DNA of 63,851 bases, from assembly GCA_028534125.1 (NCBI GenBank), contig CM052838.1, positions 57,908,150 to 57,972,000 of the forward strand, read 5' to 3'. A program made the translations under genes and the position numbers. The DNA comes from Lama glama (taxonomy: Eukaryota). Positions 11,993 to 21,775 of the stretch are shown piece by piece (the first letter of the stretch is position 1; the number at the start of each line of letters is the position of its first letter). The notes beneath the pieces are model-generated. The model made no database searches and was not told the DNA's origin. It was given only the letters and a program-made list of their open reading frames with translations.

Positions 11993-13833
11993 TCCTCACA
12001 ATGACGCGTTGCTGGGGACTGATGTTCTCACATGACAGTAGAAAGCCAAAATTTGTTGTCATCTCTTAAAGAATTGAGAATTGCGTACAAAAACCTTACA
12101 TAAATTAAAAGGATGAATAAATTTACAGGTGTGAATGCAAACCATCTTCCAGCTCAAGGCAAGGAACCACCCTTGGTGTTCTGGCGGGAAAACATTGGGG
12201 AAGAAAGGGAAGTGGATCCTAAGGCTCAGACCTTCCCAAGCCCGTCAGGCTGGCGAGACAGAAATGACAACAGGTTCAGGACTCCTGCAGCCTCGAGGGA
12301 AACCCTGCAATAGGCAGCTCTCACACGTAAATACCCTGCACAACCAAGAGACTCGGGGTCTCCCGGACTCACATCAAGCCAATGAGTTTCTCTTCCACAA
12401 ATGTGTTCTCACCTCAGCCACGACAAGTGACAGAGCTGCATGTAACTAGGGGTTTAAATCAAAGATAAGCACAGGGTATTAAACATACACGGAGGGAAGA
12501 GCTAACTTGAATACAAGGTCAAGATCAGCAACAAGTCTACCATCCAGTGCTGATGCCAGATACAAGCTTCAAGGACAAATTTCTTTTCAAAGGCTTATTC
12601 CAGTTTCACAAGGCTGGTGTGAGATGTGTTTGTTTGCCAGGGCAAATTTATACTTCTGAATTAACTCATGCAGCAAATGCTATGCATCTGCCTGCAGTCC
12701 ACTTAGAAGCATTAGCGGTGGACGATGGAGGGGCCCAACTTGTTGTACTCCTGCTTGCTGATCCACATCTGCAGGAAGGTGGACAGCCAGGCCAGGATGG
12801 AGCCCCCGATCCACATGGAGTACTTGTGCTCGGGAGGAGCGATGATCTTGATCTTCATCGTGCTAGGGGCTAGGGCCATGATCTCCTTCTGCATCCTGTC
12901 GGCAATGCTGGGGTACATGGCAGTCCCACCAGACAGCACCGTGTTGGCGTACAGGTCCTTCCGGATGTGGACATCACACTTCATGATGGAGTTGAAGGTG
13001 GTTTCGTGGATGCCATGTGACTCCATGCCCAGGAAGGAGGGCTGGAAAAGCACCTCTGGACACCGGAAGCGCTCGTTGCTGATGGTGANNNNNNNNNNNN
13101 NNNNNNNNNNNNNNNNNNNNNNNNNNNNNNNNNNNNNNNNNNNNNNNNNNNNNNNNNNNNNNNNNNNNNNNNNNNNNNNNNNNNNNNNNNNNNNNNNNNN
13201 NNNNNNNNNNNNNNNNNNNGTGGTGGTGAAGCTGTAGCCATGCTCAGTGAGGATCTTCATGAGGTAATCCGTCAGGTCCCGGCCAGCCAGGTCCAGACAC
13301 TGGACAGCGTGGGGGAGGGTGTAGCCCTCGTAGATGGGCACAGTGTGGATGACCCCATCCCCAGAGTCCATGANNNNNNNNNNNNNNNNNNNNNNNNNNN
13401 NNNNNNNNNNNNNNNNNNNNNNNNNNNNNNNNNNNNNNNNNNNNNNNNNNNNNNNNNNNNNNNNNNNNNNNNNNNNNNNNNNNNNNNNNNNNNNNNNNNN
13501 NNNNNNNNNNNNNNNNNNNNNNNNNNNNNNNNNNNNNNNCATGCATAGCTTGTTGTAGAAGGTGTGGTGCCAGGTTTTCTCCATGTCGTCCCAGTTGGTG
13601 ATGATGCCACCCTCAATGGGGTACTTGAGGGTCAGGATGCTGCGCTTGCTCTGGGCCTCATCGCCCACGCAGCTGTCCTTCTGCCCCACGCCCACCATGA
13701 CTCCCTGATGTCGGGGATGGCCGACAATGGAAGGGAAGACAGCCCGGGGGGCGTTGTCCCCAGCAAAGCCAGCTTTGCACGTGCCAGAACCATTGTCAAT
13801 GACGAGCGCAGCGATTTCTTCTTCCACCGCGAT

Positions 13834-13909
13834 CGGCGGAGGAGGCGGGATGCGGCGGAGGAGGCGGGATGCGGCGGAGGAGGCGGGATGCGGCGGAGGA
13901 GGCGGGATG
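13834..13909. repeat. 19-bp GC-rich minisatellite, 4 perfect copies of CGGCGGAGGAGGCGGGATG, in the retrocopy 5' UTR
   Basis: Units start at 13834, 13853, 13872 and 13891; a degenerate fifth starts at 13910. Confidence 0.95.
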
Positions 13910-14576
13910 CGGTGGAGCAAGCGGCGGGGCAGCGAGAGGACGCGGAGCGCGGGCGGCTGCGATGAGTGAGCGACCGGCCAGTTTCTACGAACTCCTTTTA
14001 TCTGAGTGTGGGAAGCTGACTTTAATAGAAGCACAAGACTTTATCCCTGACCTCAAGGATCTTACAGTCTGGTATGAATTTGCATTGCCAATTTTAAACA
14101 GTTAAGTCCCAAACAAGAAGAATCTGCTACTTAATATTTAGGGTAACCCAAATCCAGGAAAAGGAGAGAAAAATAATCAGGAAAACTTAAAGCAGGAGAG
14201 GGATTTCATCCCTTCATACAATCAATATTTAATTTCATTGTCTGTGCCAGGCACTGTCCCAAGGGCTAGTGTCTCAATAGGAAACAGGTAATAAAAACAA
14301 AAACAAATACATAAGCAGGTTCATTTCAAATAGTAAAAAAAAAAAGAATTAAGGACATTTAATTTAATTTACCTTTTAAAAAAAGATGGGTAGAATATAT
14401 TTGGTTGATCTGCAAACTTAAGATGGAACTTACAGCCAAGCAAATTCAATGTCACTGTAATTTATGTTTAGGCTTTTGGAACTGCTTCTTAGGACCCCAA
14501 ATCTCAAATTGATTTAAAGGTTCTTTACCTTTGTAGAGACCATGTTTCAACCCAACATAGAAACCTGACTTGAATG

Positions 14577-14646
14577 CAACAATGAATATATGTATGTTCA
14601 TGTATAACTGAAAAATTGTGCTCTACACTGGAAATTGACACAACAT
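14577..14646 (+). mobile_element. Young camelid-type L1 3' end, running into an N gap
   Basis: Nearly identical to 18901-18968. Confidence 0.8.
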
Positions 14647-15799
14647 NNNNNNNNNNNNNNNNNNNNNNNNNNNNNNNNNNNNNNNNNNNNNNNNNNNNNN
14701 NNNNNNNNNNNNNNNNNNNNNNNNNNNNNNNNNNNNNNNNNNNNNNNNNNNNNNNNNNNNNNNNNNNNNNNNNNGTAAGATCCAATCAGATCTCAACTCT
14801 GGCAGTTTTCTTTTAAAATCCCAGGACTCAAGGGTTAGGGTGATCTTTTGCCATCATCTCTAGAATGAGGAAAGTCTGCCAAAGAGGGAAAATGTCATTT
14901 TTTTCCCATGGATCGTAGGCCTTTCTTATCTCTCTCTTATCGAAGTACATCTAAGCCTACTCATTCAACAAGTCAACAGTATTGATTGAGCCCCTACTAT
15001 TGTAATTGTCCCCTCAGCACCTAGGATAGTGCCTGGAACAGTAGAGATTCCAGAAAGCTTCATCGAACTAAGTTCTCACATAGCGTTTCGGTCTTAACTG
15101 CATTTAAAATAATACAGGGTATGAAAATGTGATGAGAATGTTTCTTTTCTCTAGCTTTTTATACATTTATGGAACAATCCATTAATGTGGCAAAGAGCTT
15201 TAAAAATAGAAAGTACAACCTAGAGGCAAATGCTCATGTCATTTGTTATTCATGGAAGTTGTAAGGTAATGCATCTGGCTGCCAAGAGAGCTAATGAAAG
15301 TGTCCACTGCAGAGAAAATGATCCAAGGACACTCACTGAAACCCACGCCCCAATTTATGTTGTCAATTAACGCCTTTAACAGAACTCATTGAAGGAAACC
15401 TTAGTAGTAAAAAGAAATTGCTGCAGCCTTTGTGGTTTAGTTAGAAAGCCCTCCTCCCTGCATGTACTCCCCTAGCCGGCCTGCTGTGGTGCTAGACATT
15501 TACCATTGGTGAATCCATCCTGGAAGCAAAGGTACTGCTTCCTTCAGGTATAGGATGGTAGTTAGCAAACTGGGCCTGATGAGCCCTGCCCATAGAAACA
15601 GCAAACAAACTCTTTATTTCCCCCATTGCACAGAGCTGCCTCCCCTCAGCTTCTCATCTTAGAAAATGGTCTTATAACCCTGGTTCCTCATGCCCAAAAC
15701 CTAAGGACCATACACAATTCCTTTCTCTTCCTGGTTTCTCAAATCCATCTATTTATTTCTATCTCTTTGCCACAGTTCTACTCCAAGCCACCATCAGAG

Positions 15800-16256
15800 C
15801 CAGCCTGAGCCAATCAATCATGATGGTCCATGGTGACCTTGTCCAGGATCGATTAGCCAGGAGCATGGATGGAATTTCCCATCGACCATAAGTGAAAGGA
15901 AGCCTGCTGACAGCTTCCGGGAAAGGCTCCCACACGCCTAAGAAGAGGCACTTAGAAAGAGGCAGACTTTGCTTCTGCTGGACTTTGTTATTTCCAGATA
16001 CGACATCTGGAATCCTGACAGTCATCTGGCCCCCATGAAAGAAGTGAGTCTGGGGACAAAGCCAACACTCCAAGACAGGCAGAATAGGGACAAAAAGAGC
16101 TGGGGTCCTGATGATATTGGTGAGCCACTGATGTCACTCCTCAACACTCACCCCACACCTGGGTTTCTTAAAAGAGGAACTAATAAATGTCCTTACTGTT
16201 TAAGTTAGTTTGGGGTGGGAATTTCAGGCTCTTGTAGCCAAATGCATTCTGACTGT
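15800..16256 (+). mobile_element. MaLR LTR (MLT1J-like)
   Basis: 3' end 'aataaatgtccttactgtttaag...ttgtagccaaatgcattctgactg'. Confidence 0.65.
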
Positions 16257-16437
16257 TTCAGCCTCAGGAGGGCTTATCACTTTTACTTTTGGTCATCTTG
16301 AAACTATTCTTCATGCAGCAACCAGAATGATTCTTTTTAAACAGTAAATCTGATTATGCAGTTGTCCTGCTCAAAACTCTTCAATGACTTCTCTTTCCAT
16401 TTACAAATATTTACATTCCTTAATATGGTCTACCAAG

Positions 16438-16910
16438 TGTATCTGTTATCAATCGCTGCATAACAAACTACCCCCAAAATTTAGCAGCCTACAACAAACG
16501 TTTATTCTGTGGGCCAAGAATCCAGGAGCGGCTTAGTTGGGAGGGGTTGACTCAGGCTCTCTCATAAGGTTATGTCAAGATCTTGGCTGAGACTTGCCCG
16601 GGACTAGAGAACCTGCTTCCAAAACGGCACCCTCTCTTGGCAACTGGTGGGGGGTCTCAGCCGTGTGGATCTCTTCATAGGACTGCTTGTGTGTCCTCAT
16701 GATAAAGCAGCTGGTTTCTTCCAGAGCAAGTGATCCAAGCGAGAGCAAAGAGGAAGAGCAGTGTATTTTTCTGCCCTAATTTCCAGCATCATACACCACC
16801 ACTTCTACCACATTCTAGCCATTAAGGATAAATTGCACTAGAGGGAGAGAAATTAGGATTCATACTTTGAAGGGATGAGTACCAAAGAATTTGTGTGTCC
16901 AAATTAAAAA
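16438..16910 (-). mobile_element. MaLR LTR (MLT1F/G/H-like)
   Basis: 'tgtatctgttatcaatcgctgcataacaaactacccccaaaatttagcagc' is a reverse MLT1 terminus. Confidence 0.7.
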
Positions 16911-18230
16911 ATCTCCCTGCAGGCTTTGCATTATCTGACCCACACCTACCTTTCTGACCTCACCTGACATCACTTTTCTCTTGGGTAAGCCATGCTCCAG
17001 GCCCCCTGGCTCCCCTTGAGTTCAGACACAGCAAGCACTTTCTCGCCTCAAGCCTTTTGCTCATGCTGTTCCCTCTGCTTGCAGCACCCTCTTCATTCCT
17101 TGCCAGCCTGAACCCTTCCCTGTCCCTAGATCTCAGTCTAAATGTCACCTCTTCAGCAAGGCTTGTCTCAACTGCTCCATCTAAGGAAGTTGCCTCTGTA
17201 TTTTCTTTCAGTTTCCTATACTTTCCCTCGTATCATTGGTCAGAGTTTTAAGTAATTTATTATTTCACCTTTGAAAGCTGCAAGGAAAGAGATGACTATT
17301 TTACTCACTACAGTATCTCCAGAGACTGGAAAAGTCCTTGGCACAGAAGAGGCTCCCCACAAATCTTTGCTGAGCAAGTGAATGAGCAAACAAATGTATC
17401 ATCCTTGAACACACACACAGAGCATAATACAAGCTGAGCATGGTAATTCACGACGTGCCATCTCTGGGAGGGGCCCAGCGTAGGTGGGACTGAGAAGTTT
17501 TAACTGCTGCATCGTGCTTAGATTCTGAAACAGGAAAGCAGAGCCAGGCTGGTAAAAGGTGAAGAGTGGGTTTCGCCAACCACTTGAGTGGGCTAAGCAT
17601 CCTGGATGTAGGGCATTGGAGCCACCCAGTGAGGACGGTGTCCTGATGCGGCCCCAGCTTTCACCTGCCCCACCCTTCCTTCTGTCCAGTCCTGTCTTTC
17701 TGCCTCCCTCTGGAGACCACGACTCCCAGCAGCACAGCGGGGTTAGGACAAGCGGTGGCACTCTGCCACTGGGCTGTGAGATCAAAGGTCAAAGGGGGCA
17801 GCATTGGCAGGGCTGAGGGAACAGCGTATTCTAAAGAGTGGCTTCTCACGAGGTAATTTTGGCAGGAGACAATTTCCAGACTTCAAATGATCAAGGGCTC
17901 CATTATCCTCCCCAGCGTCAGAGGTGCCGAGATTTCTCCCAGTTCCCACGGTGCTACACGAGAGACATGTCAGGCAGACACAGGAATCTGGCAAGAAGCA
18001 GGCAGGTCCCCTCGGCAGCCTCAGCTTAAACCCTGAAGGGGAATCTCTCAGCCCAGGGGCTACAAAAGGGCCCAGGGGCGCCCATGCTTCTGCCCATCGG
18101 CAAACGCGGACTTGGAGAGATCAGTCCTCCTTCCAGAAAGACGGAGTATCAGAAGCCGGCATGGCATTCTGCAACGACTTCACAGGAATGATATGTTCAG
18201 GAAAGCATACTTCTGAAAAGGATTATTTCT

Positions 18231-18353
18231 AATTTGGGGGGTTTTTTGGGGGTGGGGGTAATTAGATTTTTTTTTTAATGGAGGTACTGGGGATTGAACC
18301 CAAGACCTCATACATGTTAAGCACACACTCTACCACTGAGCTCTGCCCTTCCC
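18231..18353 (-). mobile_element. tRNA-derived camelid SINE (vic-1 type)
   Basis: Minus strand: A-box GAGCTCAGTGG, B-box GGTTCAATCC, then the 'AGTACCTCCATTAAAAAAAAAATCTAATTACCCCC' tail. Degenerate TSD AGGAT(T)TATTT(T)CT on both sides. Confidence 0.85.
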
Positions 18354-18867
18354 TCTCAGGATTTATTTTCTTAAGAATAGAAGAAAACTGTATGACACTG
18401 GCTCCCCAAGAGTTCTCACTTAGAGCAGGGCTCACTTTCAAGGGGAAGCACAGTCAGACACCAGGTTGCTACAGTGGAAAGACCAGAAGGGGAGGCCAGG
18501 CCAAGGTCAGGGTCACAGCATAAACCAACGCTTTCAGACCCATGCCCTCTTTTTAAAATAAATACTTTATAACATCCTCCTTATTAACCTATGAATTTCA
18601 TCACTTACATAACATAATCACACACACAACTTCAAAAAATCAAATCGACATAATGCTTTATACTATAAGGAGAAATAAAAAGTTAAATAATTTATAATAA
18701 TAAATTAGATTATTATCTGTATTTCAATAAGTAAGCACTGGGTACCTCTACCCTCAAGATGTAATGGATAACCAGAGGCTTACATTAGGAATGTATTTGG
18801 ATTTAGGAGAAGCAGTGGATGACACGTTTTCTTTGTATTTGACATTTAAAAATAAGAGATTCAACAA

Positions 18868-19003
18868 GATCTTATGGCAGCTCACAGAGAAAAACACGTG
18901 ACAATGAATATATATATGTTCATGTATAACTGAAAAATTGTGCTCTACACTGGAATTTGACACAACATTGTAAAATGATTATAAATCAATAAAAAATGTT
19001 TAA
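18868..19003 (+). mobile_element. Severely 5'-truncated young L1 3' end
   Basis: AATAAA and A-rich tail. Direct repeat AAAAATAAGAGATTCAACAA at 18848-18867 and 19004-19023 (TSD plus microhomology). Confidence 0.88.
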
Positions 19004-21561
19004 AAAAATAAGAGATTCAACAAATATATTTGTAAATATACATTGAATTGGCCTGAATGCAACAGCTTTAAACTTTGACTTATGCAGGGTACTGTCTGGG
19101 GACTCAGATACCATGAACAGTGTCACCGTGGGTGACATGACTTTCAGAAAGAGCGGACAACTCTTGGGAGAGTTCTGAAGAAAACAAAGCCCTGTTGCCC
19201 CTCATTTTATTGAGTTAGTTGCATTTCTTGAAAGTTCAGTGTATATTAAAACCATGCACAAAATATTTTGTATGTATGTGTAAAACAGGACTCACTTTTA
19301 GGTCTGGATACCCGTCAGTGGGTTTTCCCTTTGGTGGATGCCCATCAGGATGGGTCTTGGTTCTCCATAGTGAGAATGAATCCTCCTGTTCCAGGTCAAC
19401 ACTCCTAACCAACCCCCCATCAAGTACCACCAGCAAATGGCAATGGTGTCCCCACATTATTGTGACAAAGAGAACCACCCCCCGGGGTGGTTGCACTTCC
19501 ACTGCTGAGGACCCCTGAGAAGGACAGGGTCTACTGTTATGTGATCAAGCTCTCAAAGAGCTTTCTCTTCCTTAGAAATATACAAGTACCTACTATGTGC
19601 CAAGCTATATACCAGGCACTAAATTGGGTCAGTGGTATAAGTCCAAACCTGGAGGTGTATCAATGAGAAATATGATGGATAGACATGGATTGACTTCATC
19701 ATAAAGTCAACATTCAATAAACACAAACTCTCTGTATCTTTATTTGTAGCCCTTGTTTCAAACTTCTCACTTCATAGCACCACCCCCTCCATCTTCCCAC
19801 ATTCCTAAACTCAGACTTCAGTGCTAGCCTTGAGCCTCACACTTGACCCCGGGTTCCAATGTCAAATGTTTTTCCTCCACCGCCACCCTAAGCTCCCCTC
19901 TGCAGAGCGGACTTGAGTCCAGCCACCCTTGGTTATTAACCATCCTGGTCCAGCCTTTCCTTGGGAGCATCCATCGCCCAGTGGCAGAACTCCCTGCCAG
20001 GTCTTCATCCACCCCTGGGAAGAGCATAAAAGTAGACAGATAAAAGTGTACCACTAGCCCACATCCAAACTCTGTCTCGGGGGGTCTGTCCGAGGGGCTG
20101 GTAATTCAGGCTGGTGTGGCAGCAGGCAGGGAAACAGTGCATTTAAATATTTCAGTTCAAAGGTAGGACGTCTATTCCCAGGGGAACTGGAAACTAGTAG
20201 GAAAATAAGGCAAAAGGTGTCTTCTGGAGAAATGGGATCCCTGAGATTGGAGCCTGGGCCTCCCCTCTCCCCACCCTCCACCCACAAACCTACGGCTGGG
20301 ACTGGCTCTGAGGGCTGGAAGCTGTGCTGACCTGTTGGTCAAGGTCTGCACCTCCCAGCCATGAGGCTTGGACAGTGGCAGGAAACGGAAACACCCAAGG
20401 GATTGCCCTCAATTCCTCAGGTTAACCACTCTGTGATGACCCTCCTTGGCTCAAAGCCACTGACTGCCACACCCTCAGAGGACAGCTCCTAGCCCAGTGC
20501 ACACCCTCCGGCCTGAGCTGCCTCTCCCCTGGTCCAACCTACCAGGTACAGGAGGCCAAGAACAAAGCTGTGCTCCAGGCGAAGCACAAGGGGATGACTG
20601 GGGAGCAGGGGACTCTGCTGACAGAACCATAATTCATACTAGGGTCAGATCAGTGATTAGCATTGCGTCAAGGTAGGAGGGTTTTCAGAATCCCGCAAGG
20701 AGCTGAGTATTTGGATGGCAGAAGGAGAAAGTGTTCAAACATAAAAAGCCAGGCATGTGATAGACCAAAAATTAAGGACAGGTAAGCGCTCATATTCAGG
20801 AAGAATGGGTAGCAGGCGGGACCTAGAGCAGAGCAAATGATCAGGCCTGAGGTCTGCACACTGAGGGTGGCTCTGGGTGGCCAGTGGGAGGACCGTGGGT
20901 GTTGGGAGGCCGGGGAGTGGGGGGAATTCTGTGTTGGATTCTGCCTGGGCATCATGCAGCATCACTAAAACTGACCAGAACTTCCATCACGTTCTTACCA
21001 CACTCACACTCCAAAGACCAGATTTCCCAAACTCAGTTTTTAGGGGATTAAAAGTCAGAGCACCTCTCTATGGTGGAAGTGTTAGAGCTTTCCTGAAATC
21101 AGCATTATAATAATACAACTAATTATGATCCATTTCTAGGATCCGACACATATTCTGCCAGCTTCTTCCACTAACTACAGAAGATATTTTCTATAAAGTT
21201 AAATCAATCTGTATCCCTAATTTTTATAGCCATTGTCCTTAAGTTAAAAAGAATAATATGCCATTTTTAATGAACTGTTATTGGCCCCTTTTAGTTATTC
21301 AGAGTATAAAAGAACACGTTACGATGTTTTAGAGCTTCAAGAAGTTAAACTCCAGACAGAAAAATCTACTTCCAAAAAGTAGAAATGGAAACTAGCATCA
21401 GAAAGTATTCTGGCTTGCCGGCTGCTCTTTACAAACTCTTACAGAAAGAAACAAAATGTTTGGGAATATGGGTGTCAAGCAAGATAGGGAGTTTTCTTAC
21501 CCAGTAGCATGCTTGAAATTTGTGCATTTTCTACCAATCTGTGGGTAATAATTGCTGTTGA

Positions 21562-21775
21562 TTTTTATTTCATTTTTTTAATTAATCGATTTTTTATTGA
21601 AGTATAGTTGATTTACAATGTTGTGTTAGTCTCAGGTGTACAGCAAAGGAGTCAGCTATCCATACACATATATCTGTGTTCCTTTTCAGATTCTTTTCCA
21701 TGATAGGTTATTATAAGATATTGAATAGCTCTTTGACATAAACTGCAGCAATATCTTTTTCCATCTGTCTCTTAA
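21562..21775 (-). mobile_element. Short L1 insertion with an inverted 5' segment
   Basis: Minus-strand L1 3' UTR 'ttttattgaagtatagttgatttacaatgttgtg...' up to ~21728, then plus-strand ORF2-like 'ctctttgacataaactgcagcaatatcttttt'. Confidence 0.65.

Larger units (their letters stand above)
11957..13970 (-). pseudogene. ACTG1: Processed (intronless) gamma-cytoplasmic actin retrocopy, full length with 5' UTR, CDS, 3' UTR and poly(A)
   Basis: Translation (V)[14 protein letters not shown]... has the gamma-actin EEE N-terminus. The CDS equivalent is 13827-12703 with no introns in the visible parts. The 3' UTR (11974-12702) matches the ACTG1 3' UTR as I recall it. A17 tail at 11957-11973. TSD TGACCAGCCAGTTCT (11943-11957) versus CGACCGGCCAGTTTCT (13971-13986). 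Start ATG is now GTG (13827-13825). K373 is TAA (12714-12712), upstream of the native TAA (12705-12703). Many substitutions at conserved residues (e.g. D25N, R37H, G63S, H73G). Two N gaps hide part of the CDS. Confidence 0.96.
15600..17395 (+). mobile_element. Fragmented L2 interrupted by two MaLR LTRs
   Basis: L2-like 'gcagcaaccagaatgattctttttaaacagtaaatctgattat...ctcaaaactcttcaatgacttc' and 'ctcagtctaaatgtcacctcttcag', ending in 'tgctgagcaagtgaatga'. Confidence 0.6.

Noticed and set aside
13834-13909. Direct-repeat array as a CRISPR-like structure
   Set aside because: Head-to-tail units with no spacers, in mammalian DNA; a minisatellite.
12712-14034. 440-aa ORF as a functional actin with a novel proline-rich N-terminal extension
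   Set aside because: It begins at GTG in flanking DNA. The extension is translated flank, TSD, 5' UTR and VNTR. Poly(A), TSD and substitutions at conserved residues indicate a processed pseudogene.
13564-14105. Plus-strand Arg/Gly-rich ORFs ([18 protein letters not shown])
   Set aside because: Antisense translations of the 19-bp repeat and the actin CDS.
18281-18353. tRNA gene
   Set aside because: A and B boxes are present, but it continues into the SINE tail and is TSD-flanked; a tRNA-derived SINE.
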